From the human T2T-CHM13v2.0 reference genome, Homo sapiens, in the NCBI RefSeq assembly GCF_009914755.1, contig NC_060939.1: a DNA stretch of 64,000 nucleotides. The stretch is one strand, 5' to 3'. Of this stretch, positions 1-13,361 are shown piece after piece; within the stretch, counting starts at the first letter, position 1, and the number at the start of each line of letters is the position of its first letter. The notes beneath the pieces are model-generated. The model searched no databases. It worked only from the letters and a program-made list of their open reading frames with translations, and had not been told where the DNA came from. The position numbers and the translations under genes are program-made.

Positions 1-910
1 GGGCCTGGGATGCTCCCTTCAGGGTAGTGAGCTCCTCTCTGGTCCAGCATGAGTCCAAAAATGCCATCCAGGAGCCAAGTCCTAGAATTGTGGACCCCAG
101 GAGTCCTTGGGTGGTCTGCATCACAGTAACCAGGCTGGTACCCATGCTTCAGGACAAAGTTCCCGTTAATCTTCCTTCTTTCCTCAAGCAGAACGAGTCT
201 CTTTCCATGGCCAACACACTGGGAATGCACAGGGTCACCCAAGGCCTATGACAAGTACTGCCTGGCAACCACTGATGGTTATTCAAGGTCTGACAGCTCT
301 TTAGTCAGCAGGTGATGAATTCTCCCAGGACTAGTTCTTTCTCTTCAAGGCAGTAGATTCCCCTCTGGTCCAGGATGTGTAGAAATGTTGTCAGGGTTTA
401 CAGCCTTATAAAGGCTTAGAGTGCCTTTCAGATTTGTTTAGGAACCTGTTGTGCTTTAGCCCATGGTGGTTGGGCTAGCCAGAACTTACTTTCAGGCTGC
501 TGGGATGGGCAATTTCCCTCTAGCTAGGGCTGGTCTAAATGCTGCTTCCATGGGCACTGGCTGATTTCTGCACTGTGTTACTTTCTACTGTTACAAGACA
601 GCACTGAATTCCAAAGCAAAGCCCCATAATCACTGTACTCCTCCATGTGCACAGCTTCTCTCTCCATGCTACATGGCCACCACCATTGCTGGGGGTTAAG
701 AGAGTGGTGGTGTCAATGATTCAAGACTATCTTTCCAACCGTCTTCAGTATCTCTTTCCTTGACATGATTTTAAAACCAGATGTTGTGATTACTCACCTG
801 ATTTTGGGTTCTTAAGAAGGTGCTTTCTTCTGTGGATAGATAGTTGTTCAACTTGGTATTTCTGCAGGAGGATGATCCCTAGAGGGTTCTATTTGGTTAT
901 CTTGCTCCTA
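1..910 (-). mobile_element. Old L1 (L1MA/L1PB-type) 5'UTR, extends beyond the window start
   Basis: Ends in ggttctatttggttatcttgctcc (reverse complement of an L1 5' terminus); clearly homologous to the L1 5'UTR at ~28400-29271. Confidence 0.75.
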
Positions 911-965
911 TCCCCTTATAATTTTTTTCCTGAACAGTTTGAGATTAAGTTGAGGACCTGATTCC

Positions 966-1415
966 TGGTAGAAGACAAAATCTCAACTAATTTAATTAAA
1001 TGCTGTAATCAGCTTTTATTATTATTTTCAATTCCTGAATTGGGCAGCATGTAAAAATAGAGAGGTGCTAGGCTAGGCATGGCAGAACAGTTGGTTTTCA
1101 CAAAATAGCTTGAAGAAGCACAAGGAAACAGCATAATAAAAAGCAGATTATTATGTTAACATCAGGTTACTTAAGGTTCTTTTTCTTGTAAGGGTTAAAA
1201 CAGAGGGGACTTCCTTACCATGCAGGCTAAAACTGGCCTGTTTAGGAATTTGGCTACCATGTATCCCCTGCTTTTTTATAGATCAGATAAATAATTTAGT
1301 TTTGGTTTGGTGATGTGGAACTTTAGCATGAATGACTCCATTTTGGTTTGGCTTACTGGGGCCTAGTGGAGGAACTCAGCCCAAAACAATGGTCTTCCAT
1401 AAATTTTATTTAACA
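966..1415 (-). mobile_element. ERV1 solo LTR (MER31/MER67-like)
   Basis: Reverse complement begins TGTTAAATAAAATTTATGGAAG; homologous to 2733-3678; interrupts L1MC-like sequence. Confidence 0.65.
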
Positions 1416-1589
1416 TGCTCTTTTAACCTTAAATACTTGAATGCGTATTTCCTAAACACAAGGACATTCTTTTATATAATCGTAGCATAATGATTAAAAT
1501 TAGGAAATTAACATTGATAGAACAGTATTCTCTAATTACAGACCTGAAGTGTTACCAGTTATCCTACTAATGTTCTTTATAGCAAAATA

Positions 1590-2139
1590 CAGCATACGTT
1601 GGTGGATACATCCCAAGACCCCTCAGTAGATGCCTGAAACCACAGATAGTACCGAATCCTATATATGCTATTTGCTTTTTTCCTATATATAAATACCTAT
1701 GATAAAGTTTAATTTATAAATTAGGCATAGCAAGAGATTAACAATAATAACTAGAAATAAAATAGAACAATTTTAACAGTATGCCAACATCACTACTCAT
1801 AGGCTTTGGGGTCATTATTACATAACATTATGGTTACTTGAACACAAGCACTGCAATATAGAGACAATACAGAGTCAAGCTGATAATGAGATGACTACCA
1901 AGTGACTAGTGGGTGGGTAGCATATATAGTGTGGATATGCTGGACAAAGGGAAGACTCATGACCTGGGCAGGGCAAAATGGGACAGTGTGAGATTTTATT
2001 ATGCTACTCAGAATAGTGTGCAATTTAAAACTTAGGAGTTGTTTATTTCTGTATTTTTCCATTTAATATTTTCAGACCATGGTTGACAGCAGATAACCGA
2101 AGCCACAGAAAACAAAACCACAAATAAGGGTGGACTGCT
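1590..2139 (+). mobile_element. MER44B-like TcMar-Tigger element
   Basis: Core ccaagacccctcagtagatgcctgaaaccacagatagtaccgaa; end aataagggtggactgcta. Confidence 0.75.
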
Positions 2140-2732
2140 ATATTTTTTCGTGTTTCAAGATCCAATCTAGGATGTATACTATACTTACTTATTGCCTCTT
2201 TAATCTTTTTTATTGTGGAATACTTCCTCAGCCTTTCTATGTGTTTTATGAGCAGCTATTTTATAGAATATTCCTCAGTTTGAGTTTTAGGGAAAATTGT
2301 GAAAAACTTCGAAATGGACCAAAAGATTATCAGGTATCTTCAAAGGAAAACTAGAAGTTTTCTAGTATACCCTTTCAAATTATCCGATTTCTATGTGAGT
2401 TCTGAGGCTTTCATTGTATTCATGGATTCATGGTATTTTACAACTCTATAGGTCATATAAAACTGATAGCAATGCAAATGATTTTTTTTTTCCATAGAAA
2501 TCGCAAATTGCGTCTGGTGGAATGCAACTGATTGCCCCCTGGCTGTTAATGTTTTCAATTTTTTTTGTATATATTTCTAAATGCATATTGGCCATTCCTT
2601 ATTTTACTGTATATGGGTGAGACTTTGGATTCTTTTTTCTGATTGGTTATAACATCTTACCAGTTCTGTCATTAATTACTGAGATAAATAAAATCTTTAA
2701 CATATGTTCATTTTATATGTCATGATGATATT

Positions 2733-3678
2733 TGTCAAAAGACAAAAGCACAACAAATTTAGTTTTGTTAAAGCAAATTAAATATGGCCTGAGGAGGCCT
2801 CTCTACTTCTATATTTGAGTCCTTGTGGATGAACTGCAACCTAACTTAAAAGGTAGACAAGACTGAAAACCTAACTTAAGAGGATGCTCCTGTAACAGTA
2901 GTTGATTCTTGGCCAATCCCAGCAGCCGTACTTCAACCAGTCATACACTCCTGAGTGTTCAAACTGTGTTCGAATAAGGCAAATGTGGAACTGTAAGGAA
3001 TTCAGTTGTTTCTGTATGTCACTTCTGATTTCTGTGTTACTTCCCTTTTTTTGTCTATAAATTTGTTCTGACCATGAGGCATCCCTGGAGTCTCTCTGAA
3101 TCTACTGTGATTCTGGGGGCTGTCCAATTCATGAATTGTTCATTGCTCAGTTAAACCCCTTTAAATTTAACTTGACTGAAGTTTTTCTTTTAACAGTTTA
3201 AAGACCTTACTTGGTGTTATTTGCAGTTCTAGAATTGGGCAGCACTTCATTCTATAAAATAGAATAAGTGTTCCAATGGGCTAAACGGAGGTTGGTTTTA
3301 TAGACAAAGGGCTGAAAAAAGCAGAAAAAAGAACAAAAAGTGGATCGGTCATTTTAATGTTAATTTCCTATTAAGGGAGGAATAGGGAAAAAAATAATAC
3401 AAAAATAACTGGTTGGTCAACATCAGGCTACTTAGGTTACTTTTTGTTGTTAAAGGCAGAGGGAACTTTATTGTTACGCTGACTGAGACTGGTCTGTTTG
3501 GGAAATTTGGCTATTGTCTCTCTCTCTCTCTCCTGATTTCTTGGAAAGTCAGATAACAACTTAGTTTTGGTTTGCTGATGTGGAACTTTAGTACCAGTAC
3601 TACATTTTGGTTTGGTCTGTTGGGTCTAGTGCAACAGCTTAGTCTAAAACAATGGCCTCCTATAATTTTCATTTAACA
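2733..3678 (-). mobile_element. ERV1 solo LTR (MER67/MER31-like) split by a MER57-like LTR
   Basis: TGTCAAAAG...TTTAACA termini; flanks tatt/tact (degenerate 4-bp TSD). Confidence 0.65.
2766..3195 (+). mobile_element. MER57-like ERV1 solo LTR
   Basis: TGTTAAAG...TTTTAACA termini; perfect 4-bp TSD GTTT (2762-2765 / 3196-3199). Confidence 0.8.
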
Positions 3679-4665
3679 TACTTTAAAGAAATTTCTCCCT
3701 TAATGAGTTTGTGTAATATTTCTTCATGGTTAGATTCAGCTTATGTATTTTTAGGAGGAATACAACAAAAGTGATTTTGTTTCTTTAGTACATCATATCA
3801 AAAGGCACATGATGTATATGTCCCATCACCAATTCTGTTAACCTAAATCACTTAAGGAGGTGTCTGCTGGTTTTTCCACTGTACAGTTACTGTTTTCTCT
3901 TCTGTAACTTATAAGTATCTTTTGGTGAAAAACTTTGAGAATATATTGGTATCCTATTTCTTACCAAATTTTCATTTACTGATTTTAGCATCCATTGTTG
4001 ATTCTTGCCTGAATCACTTATTACTACAATGATCTCTAAGTGGTGATTTTCTGTGTTTTTTTTCCCATACTTTTAATTTATTAATTGGCATTCTACTGTA
4101 AGGAAATGCTTTTCCTTTTCTTCCTTTTATATCACTATGGACTCGGGTTTTTATTTTATTCTATGGATTCTAATGTTTCCATTATTTTTGTATTTATTTT
4201 GATGCTCAATTGTTTCAGGGTCAGATTTGGGCAATGGGAACCTCTTCAGGTGGGTTTCTGTGTCATTGCGACATGTCACTATCATTGAGCACTTCCTTAC
4301 TTTCTGGTATAGAAAGATGTTTCAGATTTATATTGTGTTGTTTCTTTCCAGTTCTGGAATCAGCCATTTCTTTAAGGAACTGTAATTTCTTTTGAAATAA
4401 AGATCTGGGCATTAGAGATGCTTATTGCTAATATGATAGTAATTATCCCAGGCCATCTCAGCAGATAAAGCACTTTGCTTTTTTCTTTTAACATAGTATT
4501 TCTGGAAGTCGCTAGATCAACATTTCTAGAAATGATATTCTTTTAAACAGTTTCATTGCACTTCATTTTGGAAACAAGTCAGAATTTATTCAAACATTCT
4601 CCTATGTAAGAGTGTTTAGATTGTTTCCAGTATTTTGCGATTATAAACTATTCTGCAATGAATAT

Positions 4666-4681
4666 TATATATATATGTATA

Positions 4682-4725
<44 letters not shown>
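4666..4725. repeat. (TA)n microsatellite
   Basis: About 30 TA units with two TG interruptions. Confidence 0.95.
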
Positions 4726-4728
<3 letters not shown>

Positions 4729-5022
4729 GGAGGTGTATCTTCAGGGCAAATTCTTAGATAGTGGATTGCTAGGTAAAAATTAATGACTATGTATTTTTGT
4801 TAGACAATGCCCAGTTCCCCTCTGAAAGTGTTGTACCAAATTTGTATTCCCAAAACAGTATATAATAGAAGAGTGCCTGTTTACCCAGAACCTCAACATC
4901 AGAATGCATTGTTACTTTTTAATTTTAACCATCTGATAGTATCTCAGTGTAGTTTTAATTTGTATTTCTATCTAAAAGTTAAGGCTGAACATCTTTTCAT
5001 ATGTTTAAGGGCCTTTTAAAAA

Positions 5023-5149
5023 TTTTTTCTTTTAGAGACAGGTCACCCTATGTGGCCTAAGCTAGTCTCTAACTCCTGGCCTCAAGCAATCCTTCTGCCT
5101 TGGCATCCCCAAGTACTGGGATTACAGGTGTGGGCCACTGTGCCTGGCC
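5023..5149 (-). mobile_element. FLAM (free left Alu monomer)
   Basis: Single antisense monomer ending gccactgtgcctggcc. Confidence 0.8.
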
Positions 5150-5197
5150 TAGGGTCATTATGAAACTATCTTTTGTTATGAATTTTCTGTTTATATC

Positions 5198-5744
<547 letters not shown>

Positions 5745-5892
5745 TAAGCCTGCATTATATTGAAATTCACTTGTGTTTTCTTCTAGTTTTCTGTAGTTTC
5801 TTTTTTACATTTAGACTCCTGATCCATTTGGAGATTATTATTGTGTATGGTGTAAGATATGGATCTAATTTTACCTTTTCCCAGAAGTCTAA

Positions 5893-6209
<317 letters not shown>

Positions 6210-6245
6210 TGTACTAGCATTCTTTATTAAAAATTTACCTTTGTG

Positions 6246-6532
6246 GGCTGGGTGCAGAGGCTCATGCCTGTAATCCCAGCACTTTGGGAGGCCGAGTGGG
6301 GGAGATCACGTGGTCAGGAGTTCGAGACCAGCCTGGCCAATATGGTGAAACCCCATCTCTACTAAAAATACAAAAATTATCCAGGCGTGGTGGCATGCAC
6401 CTGTAGTCGCAGCTACTCGGGAGGCCGAGGCAGAAGAATTGCTTGAACCAGGGAGGCGGAGGTTGGAGTGAGTCGAGATCCGCCACTGCACTCCAGCCTA
6501 GGCAACAGAGCGAGACTACGTCTCAAAAAAAA
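6246..6532 (+). mobile_element. AluS
   Basis: Full dimer; TSD aaaaatttacctttgtg. Confidence 0.95.
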
Positions 6533-6793
6533 AAAATTTACCTTTGTGTCATGATTTGAGATGCCACCATCATCATATATTAAATTTCTATTTGAATCTG
6601 TTTCTGGACATGATATTATTCCACTGAAGTCTGCTAGTCTATTTATGCACTGATATCTCACTGTTTTCATTACGGAGGCCATATAGTATGTTTTAATGTT
6701 TGGTAAGGTTACTCCTCTCTCAAAACAGGGTTTTTTTGTTTTTGTTTTTTCTTTTTTTAGTGTTTTGCCCACTATTGTTACATATTTGTTTTT

Positions 6794-7093
<300 letters not shown>

Positions 7094-7264
7094 TACATAT
7101 TTGTTTTTCGTAAGGTCTTTTTAGCTAACTTGTCTATCTCCATAAGAAAAGCTTATTGGTATTTTTTGGGAGATTTAGTTGAATTTGTAAATTAACTTTG
7201 GGAGAACTACATCTTTATGATGTTGTATCATCTTATCCAAAACAGGGATATCTTTTCATTTCTT

Positions 7265-7570
7265 ATTTTTTTATTTTATTTGAGATGGAGTCTCGCTCTG
7301 TCACCTGTGCTGGAGGCTAGAGTGCAAGTGGCACGATCTTGGCTCACTGCAACCTCCGCCTCCTGGGTTGAAGTGATTCTCCTGCCTCCGCCTCCGGAGT
7401 AGCTGGGATTACAGGTGCGTGCCACCATGCTGGGCTAATTTTTTGTATTTTTAGTAGAGATGGTGTTTCACTATGTTGGCAAGGCTGGTCTGGAACTCCT
7501 GACCTCATGATCCACCCGCCTCGGCCTCCCAAAGTGCTGGGATTACAGGCATGAGCCACAGTGCCCAGCC
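7265..7570 (-). mobile_element. AluS
   Basis: Full dimer; flanks catttctt/cgtttctt. Confidence 0.93.
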
Positions 7571-7859
7571 CGTTTCTTTAAGTCTATTTGTCTTTCAAGA
7601 ATGTTTAAAAACTTTTCTTAAATAGATTTTGCACGTTTATTAAGTTTGTTTGTAAGCATTTAGTGTTTTTTGGTGCTAACATTAATTATATTTTCTTTAC
7701 CATTCTAGTCTCTAATTGGTTTTTGTTTTCGCATATGAAGTCTACTGATTTCTGTATATTAATCTTACATCCTGTTACCTTAGTGAATTCTTTTATTATT
7801 CAAGTTGGTTTTATCATTACTTCTCTGTGGTTTTCCAGAAATTTATTACTGACATTATA

Positions 7860-8130
7860 AGGCTTTCTGGGGGAGCATGGCAGGTTGCCTAAGCTGGTCC
7901 AAAACTGGTTTGAAAGAGCAGGGAAAGGAGACTGACTTGGGGTTTTTATGATGGTTAGAGGGTAGAGCCAGGGAGAGGATTTCTACATGTGGTTTGGCTG
8001 GTGGCAAAAGAGAGGGGCTTTTTTTTTTTATCCCTTTGCTTAATGTTAGGTAGAAAGGGGAAAGAGGGAGAGTTAAGGTCTAAAAGCTGGCAGTAGTCAA
8101 ACATCAAAAATGGAATCAGACTATTATAGT
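7860..8130 (-). mobile_element. ERVL-type LTR fragment (LTR40-like)
   Basis: Purine-rich block ending gtcaaacatcaaaaatggaatcagact; family assignment from memory. Confidence 0.45.
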
Positions 8131-9047
8131 TTCTGATATATTTGGATAGAGGTCTGCAAAGTCATTTCTTATTTAAAAAAAAGTCTTCTGTTTAGTAGTA
8201 TTTTCCCTTTGTTATTTTTTTATTTTGTACATTTGTGCTTTATCCCCCATATTATTAATTCATTAGCTAATGGCTTATTTTGTTAACTTTTTTCCTAAAA
8301 CCGCAGGCTTTGAATTTTTAGGTCTGCTGTTTTTCTACTCCCCATATCATTACTTTCTGTTCTTATCTTTTTTGTGTCATTCTTTTTGTTTATTTTCTAG
8401 CTTATGGAGCTGAGAATTTAGTTTCCTATTATCATTTTTCATTTTTACTGCTAAAGTGTTTAGAGCTATGGAGTTTTCTGACTGCTTTAAATGTATCCCA
8501 TATATTTTTTATGAGTAGAGCTTTTAATGTTATCATTATTTTTAGATTCTATCTTTCACTTCATTTCCCCTTTCACCCAAGAGTTGTTTAAAAGACACTT
8601 AAGAAATTTGCAGGTAGGAAGACCTTTTTGTTATTTTTCTTGTTAATAATTTCTAGTTCTATTGCATTGAGTGTTGTTTGTATTATTTCTACTTTATGGA
8701 ATTTACTAATGTTTCATTGTAACCAAATATATGATCAGTATTTGTGAATGTTCCATGTACTCTTGAGAAGTTTTATTGCCTATTATCAGGGTAAAATGTT
8801 TGATATATGTATACATCCATAAAATTTACTTTATCAAGTTTATTGAGTCTTTTCTCTGTGTTTTTGGACTCATTGATCTACTAAGGTGTCTTATAATCTC
8901 TTATTATTAATGTATTTCTACCTTTATTTCCTTACATTGCCTTATAGTTTTGCCTTATACAAGTAATTACTGTTTCATTTGGGATATTTCTTAACTGCCA
9001 TGTCTTCATTTTGATTTGTGGCTCTCAGCATTAAGAAATATCCTTCT

Positions 9048-9305
9048 GGTAGGCTGAGGCAGGAGGATCACTTGAAGCCAGAAGTTTGAGACCAGCCTGG
9101 GCAACATAGTGAGACTATGCCTCTACAAAAAATTAAAAAATATTTTAGCTAGGCATGGCAGCATGCCTCTGTAGTTCTGCTGAGGCTGAGACCACAGGAT
9201 TGCCTGAGCCCAGGAGTTCTAGGCTGCAGCGAGCCGTGATCATGCCACTGCCCATTGAACTTTAGCCTGGGCAACAGAGCGAGTCCCTGTCTCTCACTCT
9301 CTAAA
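9048..9305 (+). mobile_element. AluJ-like, 5'-truncated
   Basis: ggaggatcacttgaagccagaagtttgagaccagcctgggcaacatagtgagac (J-type left arm). Confidence 0.85.
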
Positions 9306-9599
9306 GAAAGGTATCCTTCTATGCACATTTAATGTGTAAGCTTAAATTCTACAATTTTGATCAGGATTACTACTTGTTTTCTTATTGTTTTCATTTGCCT
9401 ATAATACCTTTGCCCATTTCTTGATATTTAGTCTTTCGGAATCACCTTGTTTTAGTTATGTGTCTAGTATTCAGCATAATACATTCAGTCCTATTTTAGG
9501 AGCAAAATTGCACATCTTTATGTTTTAATAGTTGAGGCTCATTCACATTTATTAATGTGACTAATATGTTTGATTTCAGTTCTGTCATATTATTTTATA

Positions 9600-9930
9600 C
9601 AGGTTGAGTATCCCTTATCCAAAATGTTTGAGACTAGAAGTTTTTCAGATTTCAGATTTATTGGATTTTGGAATATTTAAAGATACATAATGAGATATCT
9701 TGGGGATAGCACCCAAATCTAAACATGAAATTTATTTGTTTCATATACGCTTTATTCACATAGCATGAAGGTAGTTTTATACAATATTTTAAATAATTTT
9801 ATTTATGAAAGTTTGTGTTAAATACTTAAATGTGGAATTTTCCACTTATAACGTCATGTCTGTGCTTAAAAAGCTTCAAATTTTGGAATGATTTGGATTT
9901 TGAAATTTTGAATTAGGAATGCTCAACCTG
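9600..9930. mobile_element. Tigger4/MER46-like MITE
   Basis: Terminal inverted repeats CAGGTTGAGTATCCCT / AGGAATGCTCAACCTG flanked by TA on both sides. Confidence 0.88.
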
Positions 9931-10375
9931 TAATTATATACTATGGTACATTTTATGTTTTTCTTTATCTACCAGATATTTTTCTTTTCTCCTTTAGTTT
10001 TGAAATTTCTGTGGTATTTAAGAAGATTTATATTTTTGTTTTATTGGTTACCTTTGTACTTATATTTTAAAACACCCTTAGAAAATAGGGGAATATTTTC
10101 TTATTTAACTTCTACTATCTGCTTTGTCAGTTTTTTTTTCCCAGTGGTGGCTGTTGAAAAGCACTAATATTTTATGTCATTCTATCTCAAATCCAGACAA
10201 ATAACCTCAGTTGTTTCAACAAACTTCTCTATAAAATAGAAGAAGCTGGGCAGAGAGCAGCAAGATTTATCAACAGCATCATTAAAATTACCCAGTGCAC
10301 TAACATTACTAACTATCCTGACACAAGCTAAACACTTAATTACCTACCATCTCTCATTGCTTGTGATGTATTCTT

Positions 10376-10479
10376 TTTTGTTGTTGTTGTTGAGATGGAG
10401 TTTTGCTCTTGTTGCCCAGGCTGGAGTGCAATGGCGCGGCCTCTGCTCACTGCAACCTCCACCTGGGCCTGTAATCCCA
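10376..10479 (-). mobile_element. Truncated Alu 3' end with a short 5' inversion
   Basis: 17-bp TSD gcttgtgatgtattctt (10359-10375 / 10480-10496). Confidence 0.85.
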
Positions 10480-10549
10480 GCTTGTGATGTATTCTTATTC
10501 ACCTGCACAGACTGGAAATGATATTGAACCCAGGAACTAAGATACAATC

Positions 10550-10750
10550 ATAACTACCATTTATTAAACACATACTTCATGCCAGTGCTGGGCTGGACAC
10601 TGTTCCAAATGACCTTATTAATCTTCCCAACAAATCTATGGGATACATGTTTCTATCCTATTTAAAGGAGAATGAGATTAATGAATTTCATCATGTGTAG
10701 AGAACAGTTTTAAGCCCAGGTCTACCTGACTGCACAGGCCCTGTTCTTTG
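10550..10750 (-). mobile_element. MIR
   Basis: taactaccatttattaaacac...aagcccaggtctacctgactgc. Confidence 0.6.
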
Positions 10751-11011
10751 TTTTTGTTTGTTTGTTTAATAATATCCTTGTATATGCCTGTACTATAACT
10801 TAAAAAAAATCATTGCTTTGTCAGTTTTTTTGGTATCTTTTAACTTTTACCTCTTGCCTATTTAGTAATCAATGAGCTTATTCTACTTTCCTCTTTTTCT
10901 TTCCTACACTTCACCTTTTTTTAATAGGTGGACTTTTTCTTTCTAGTAGTAGTTTTAGATTAATCTTAGTTTTGGTGGCTCCCTTCTTTTCTCTTTATTT
11001 TACTCAATTTT

Positions 11012-11100
11012 CCCTTCCTCCCCCTCTTCCCCTCCCCTCTCCCTCCCTCCCTCCCTCCCTCCCTTCCTTCCTTCCTCTTTCATTCTTTCCTTTTTTTCCA
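11012..11100. repeat. Polypyrimidine (CCCT/CCTT)n tract
   Basis: Seen directly; sits at the tail position of the 7SL retrocopy. Confidence 0.85.
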
Positions 11101-11394
11101 AAGACAAGGTCTCATGTTGCCCAGGCTAGAGTGCAGTGGCTACTCGCAGGCAGGATCTTGCCGTTGATCAGTGCGGCAGTTTTGACCTGCTCCATTTCCC
11201 TCCTAGGTTGGTTTACTTCTCCTTAGGCAACGTGATAATCCCTTGGCCCCCACAGGTCACCTTATTGAAGCCCAACTTAGTGCAGACACCTGGACAGCGT
11301 AGCGCACCACAGCCCAGAACTTCTAGGCTCAAGCGATCCTTCTGCCTTAGCCTCCAGAGTAGCTGGAACTACAGGCACACCCAGGGCGTCCGGC
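11101..11394 (-). pseudogene. Full-length 7SL (SRP RNA) processed pseudogene
   Basis: Colinear with antisense 7SL including the S domain absent from Alu (gttttgacctgctcc...ccttaggcaac...aacttagtgc); decayed tail at 11012-11100. Confidence 0.92.
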
Positions 11395-12552
11395 TTTTTT
11401 GCTTAATTTTTGTTTCACTATGTTTTGTAGTTCACTAATGTTTTGTAGTTCACTATGGTCTTCTTTTCTCCCTTCTTCTTTTTTCCCCCTATTATAGATA
11501 ACTTAAAGTTTGGCATTTCGTCTTCTAGTTATACTGAAGACAAAGTTTTTGTATACTTTTATTTGTTCTTGTTTTGTTTTTTGAGGATGTATAGAGAAAG
11601 ATTTAGGCAGCCGCATCTACCAGGTAGTCCAGTAGATGTATTTTGAGTGATATGCTAGCGATATCAGTTATTGTCTCCCTGCTGCAATCTTTTGTTCTCA
11701 TCCACAGCCTCTGCTGAAGGAGTAAACACAAGTGACCATATTTGTAACTAAAACAAGTGACCTTATTTTTACTAAATGACCTCACCCTTTGGCCACAGAT
11801 GAATTTATCTTTCCTGTATGGATACAGGACCTAAACTCTGCCAAGCTGATTATATCTTTTGAGAATTTGAACGAAAGGACACAGAAACGTAATCAGTTAG
11901 TATAGGATGCTGGAGCTGTTAAGTCTTGTAGAGTCAAGGCCACAGTGTCATGAAAACTGAAGGTATGGAGGAGCAGAAACTAAGAGGTTCACAGAAGTAG
12001 GTGGAATGCAGAGTACTCAGCAGAGAGAAGTTTATAATGGTGTCTTTGGAGCAACAAGAGAATGAGGCAGGAAGAGAGCCAAAGAAACTGGTATAAACAG
12101 TTTCTGATGACTATTCAATTCCCAAGAGACGAGCTTGAATAACTTCCAACAATATTCAACATATTTTTCTATTATTTTATTACATTTTCTTGAGGTTTTT
12201 TGGGTGTGGGTCTCTGTTTCTTAATTAATTAATTTCCTGAATATATTAGGCTTTAATAAATGTTTATCATCCTGGTGTTATTACCCAGATACAATATGAT
12301 GTGGGACTACAAATAATGAGGGCTATTCACAGAATTGACTTGAGATAATTTGAGAGTATCAAGTTATTAAATATATTACAAGAATTTTGGATCTGGAAGG
12401 GACCTATGAGGAATATCTAGTTCAAATTCTCAAATTTTAGGGAAGAGAGGCCAAGAGAAAATGATTTGCCGAACTTTGACATTGAATTAGAGGTCTCATT
12501 AGAATTAGAACTGTGGTTTCCTGATACCCAGTCTAGTTTTCATTTGACTACA

Positions 12553-12981
12553 TGTTCTGAGTTAGACAGTATAACCCCCCAAATTCATATCTACTTGAAA
12601 CTGCAGAATATGACCTTATTTGGACTAGCATCTTTGCAAATGTAATGAATTAAGATGAGGTCGTACTCAATTAGAGTGGATGGACTTTAATCCAATATGA
12701 CTGGTGTCCTTACAAGAAGGAAAAACAGACAGAATGCCATGTGATGACACGGCAGAGATTAGAGTAATAAAGCTGTAAGCCAAAGAACACCAAGGATTGA
12801 CGGCTGCTACCAGAAGGTAGAAAGAGGCAGGGAAGAAATGATTCTCCTCTACAGCTTTCAGAGGTACTACTGACCTCTGGTTTTAGACTTCTGGCTGCAG
12901 AATTGTGATTATAAATCTCTGTTGTGTTAAGCCATCCAGTTTATAGTTCTTCGTTATGACAGCCTTAGGAAACCAAATATA
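12553..12981 (+). mobile_element. MLT1 (MLT1B/C-like) MaLR solo LTR
   Basis: cagaatatgaccttatttgg...cagccttaggaaaccaaatata; 5-bp TSD ctaca/ctacc. Confidence 0.8.
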
Positions 12982-13251
12982 CTACCGCATGGTACACTTT
13001 TAATGTAAAGAGATTCTTCCCTGAATGTCACCAAAAAAGTATACAGAAACTACATTCTTCAAAAGGGAAGAAAATAGCTTTTTCTGTTGGGTATATCAAT
13101 CTTAACTTTTAAATTCTTCAGTGTGCTTAGCTATACTTTTGTGCCATTTAGAGATTACAGTATTGTTCATCTTGGGATTTTCAAGGAAGTATGTCACTAG
13201 GAAATTTTGCTTTTATTCTTTTAAGGAATAATTAATGGTGGCAGGCATATG

Positions 13252-13253
<2 letters not shown>

Positions 13254-13295
<42 letters not shown>

Positions 13296-13301
13296 GTGTG
13301 T
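13254..13301. repeat. (TG)n microsatellite
   Basis: About 17 perfect units plus a degenerate end, ~60 nt upstream of exon 2. Confidence 0.95.
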
Positions 13302-13361
13302 ATGTTATGTTACGGATTTTCTGTTATATGATATTCTGAAATATTGTACTTTTATTTTCAG

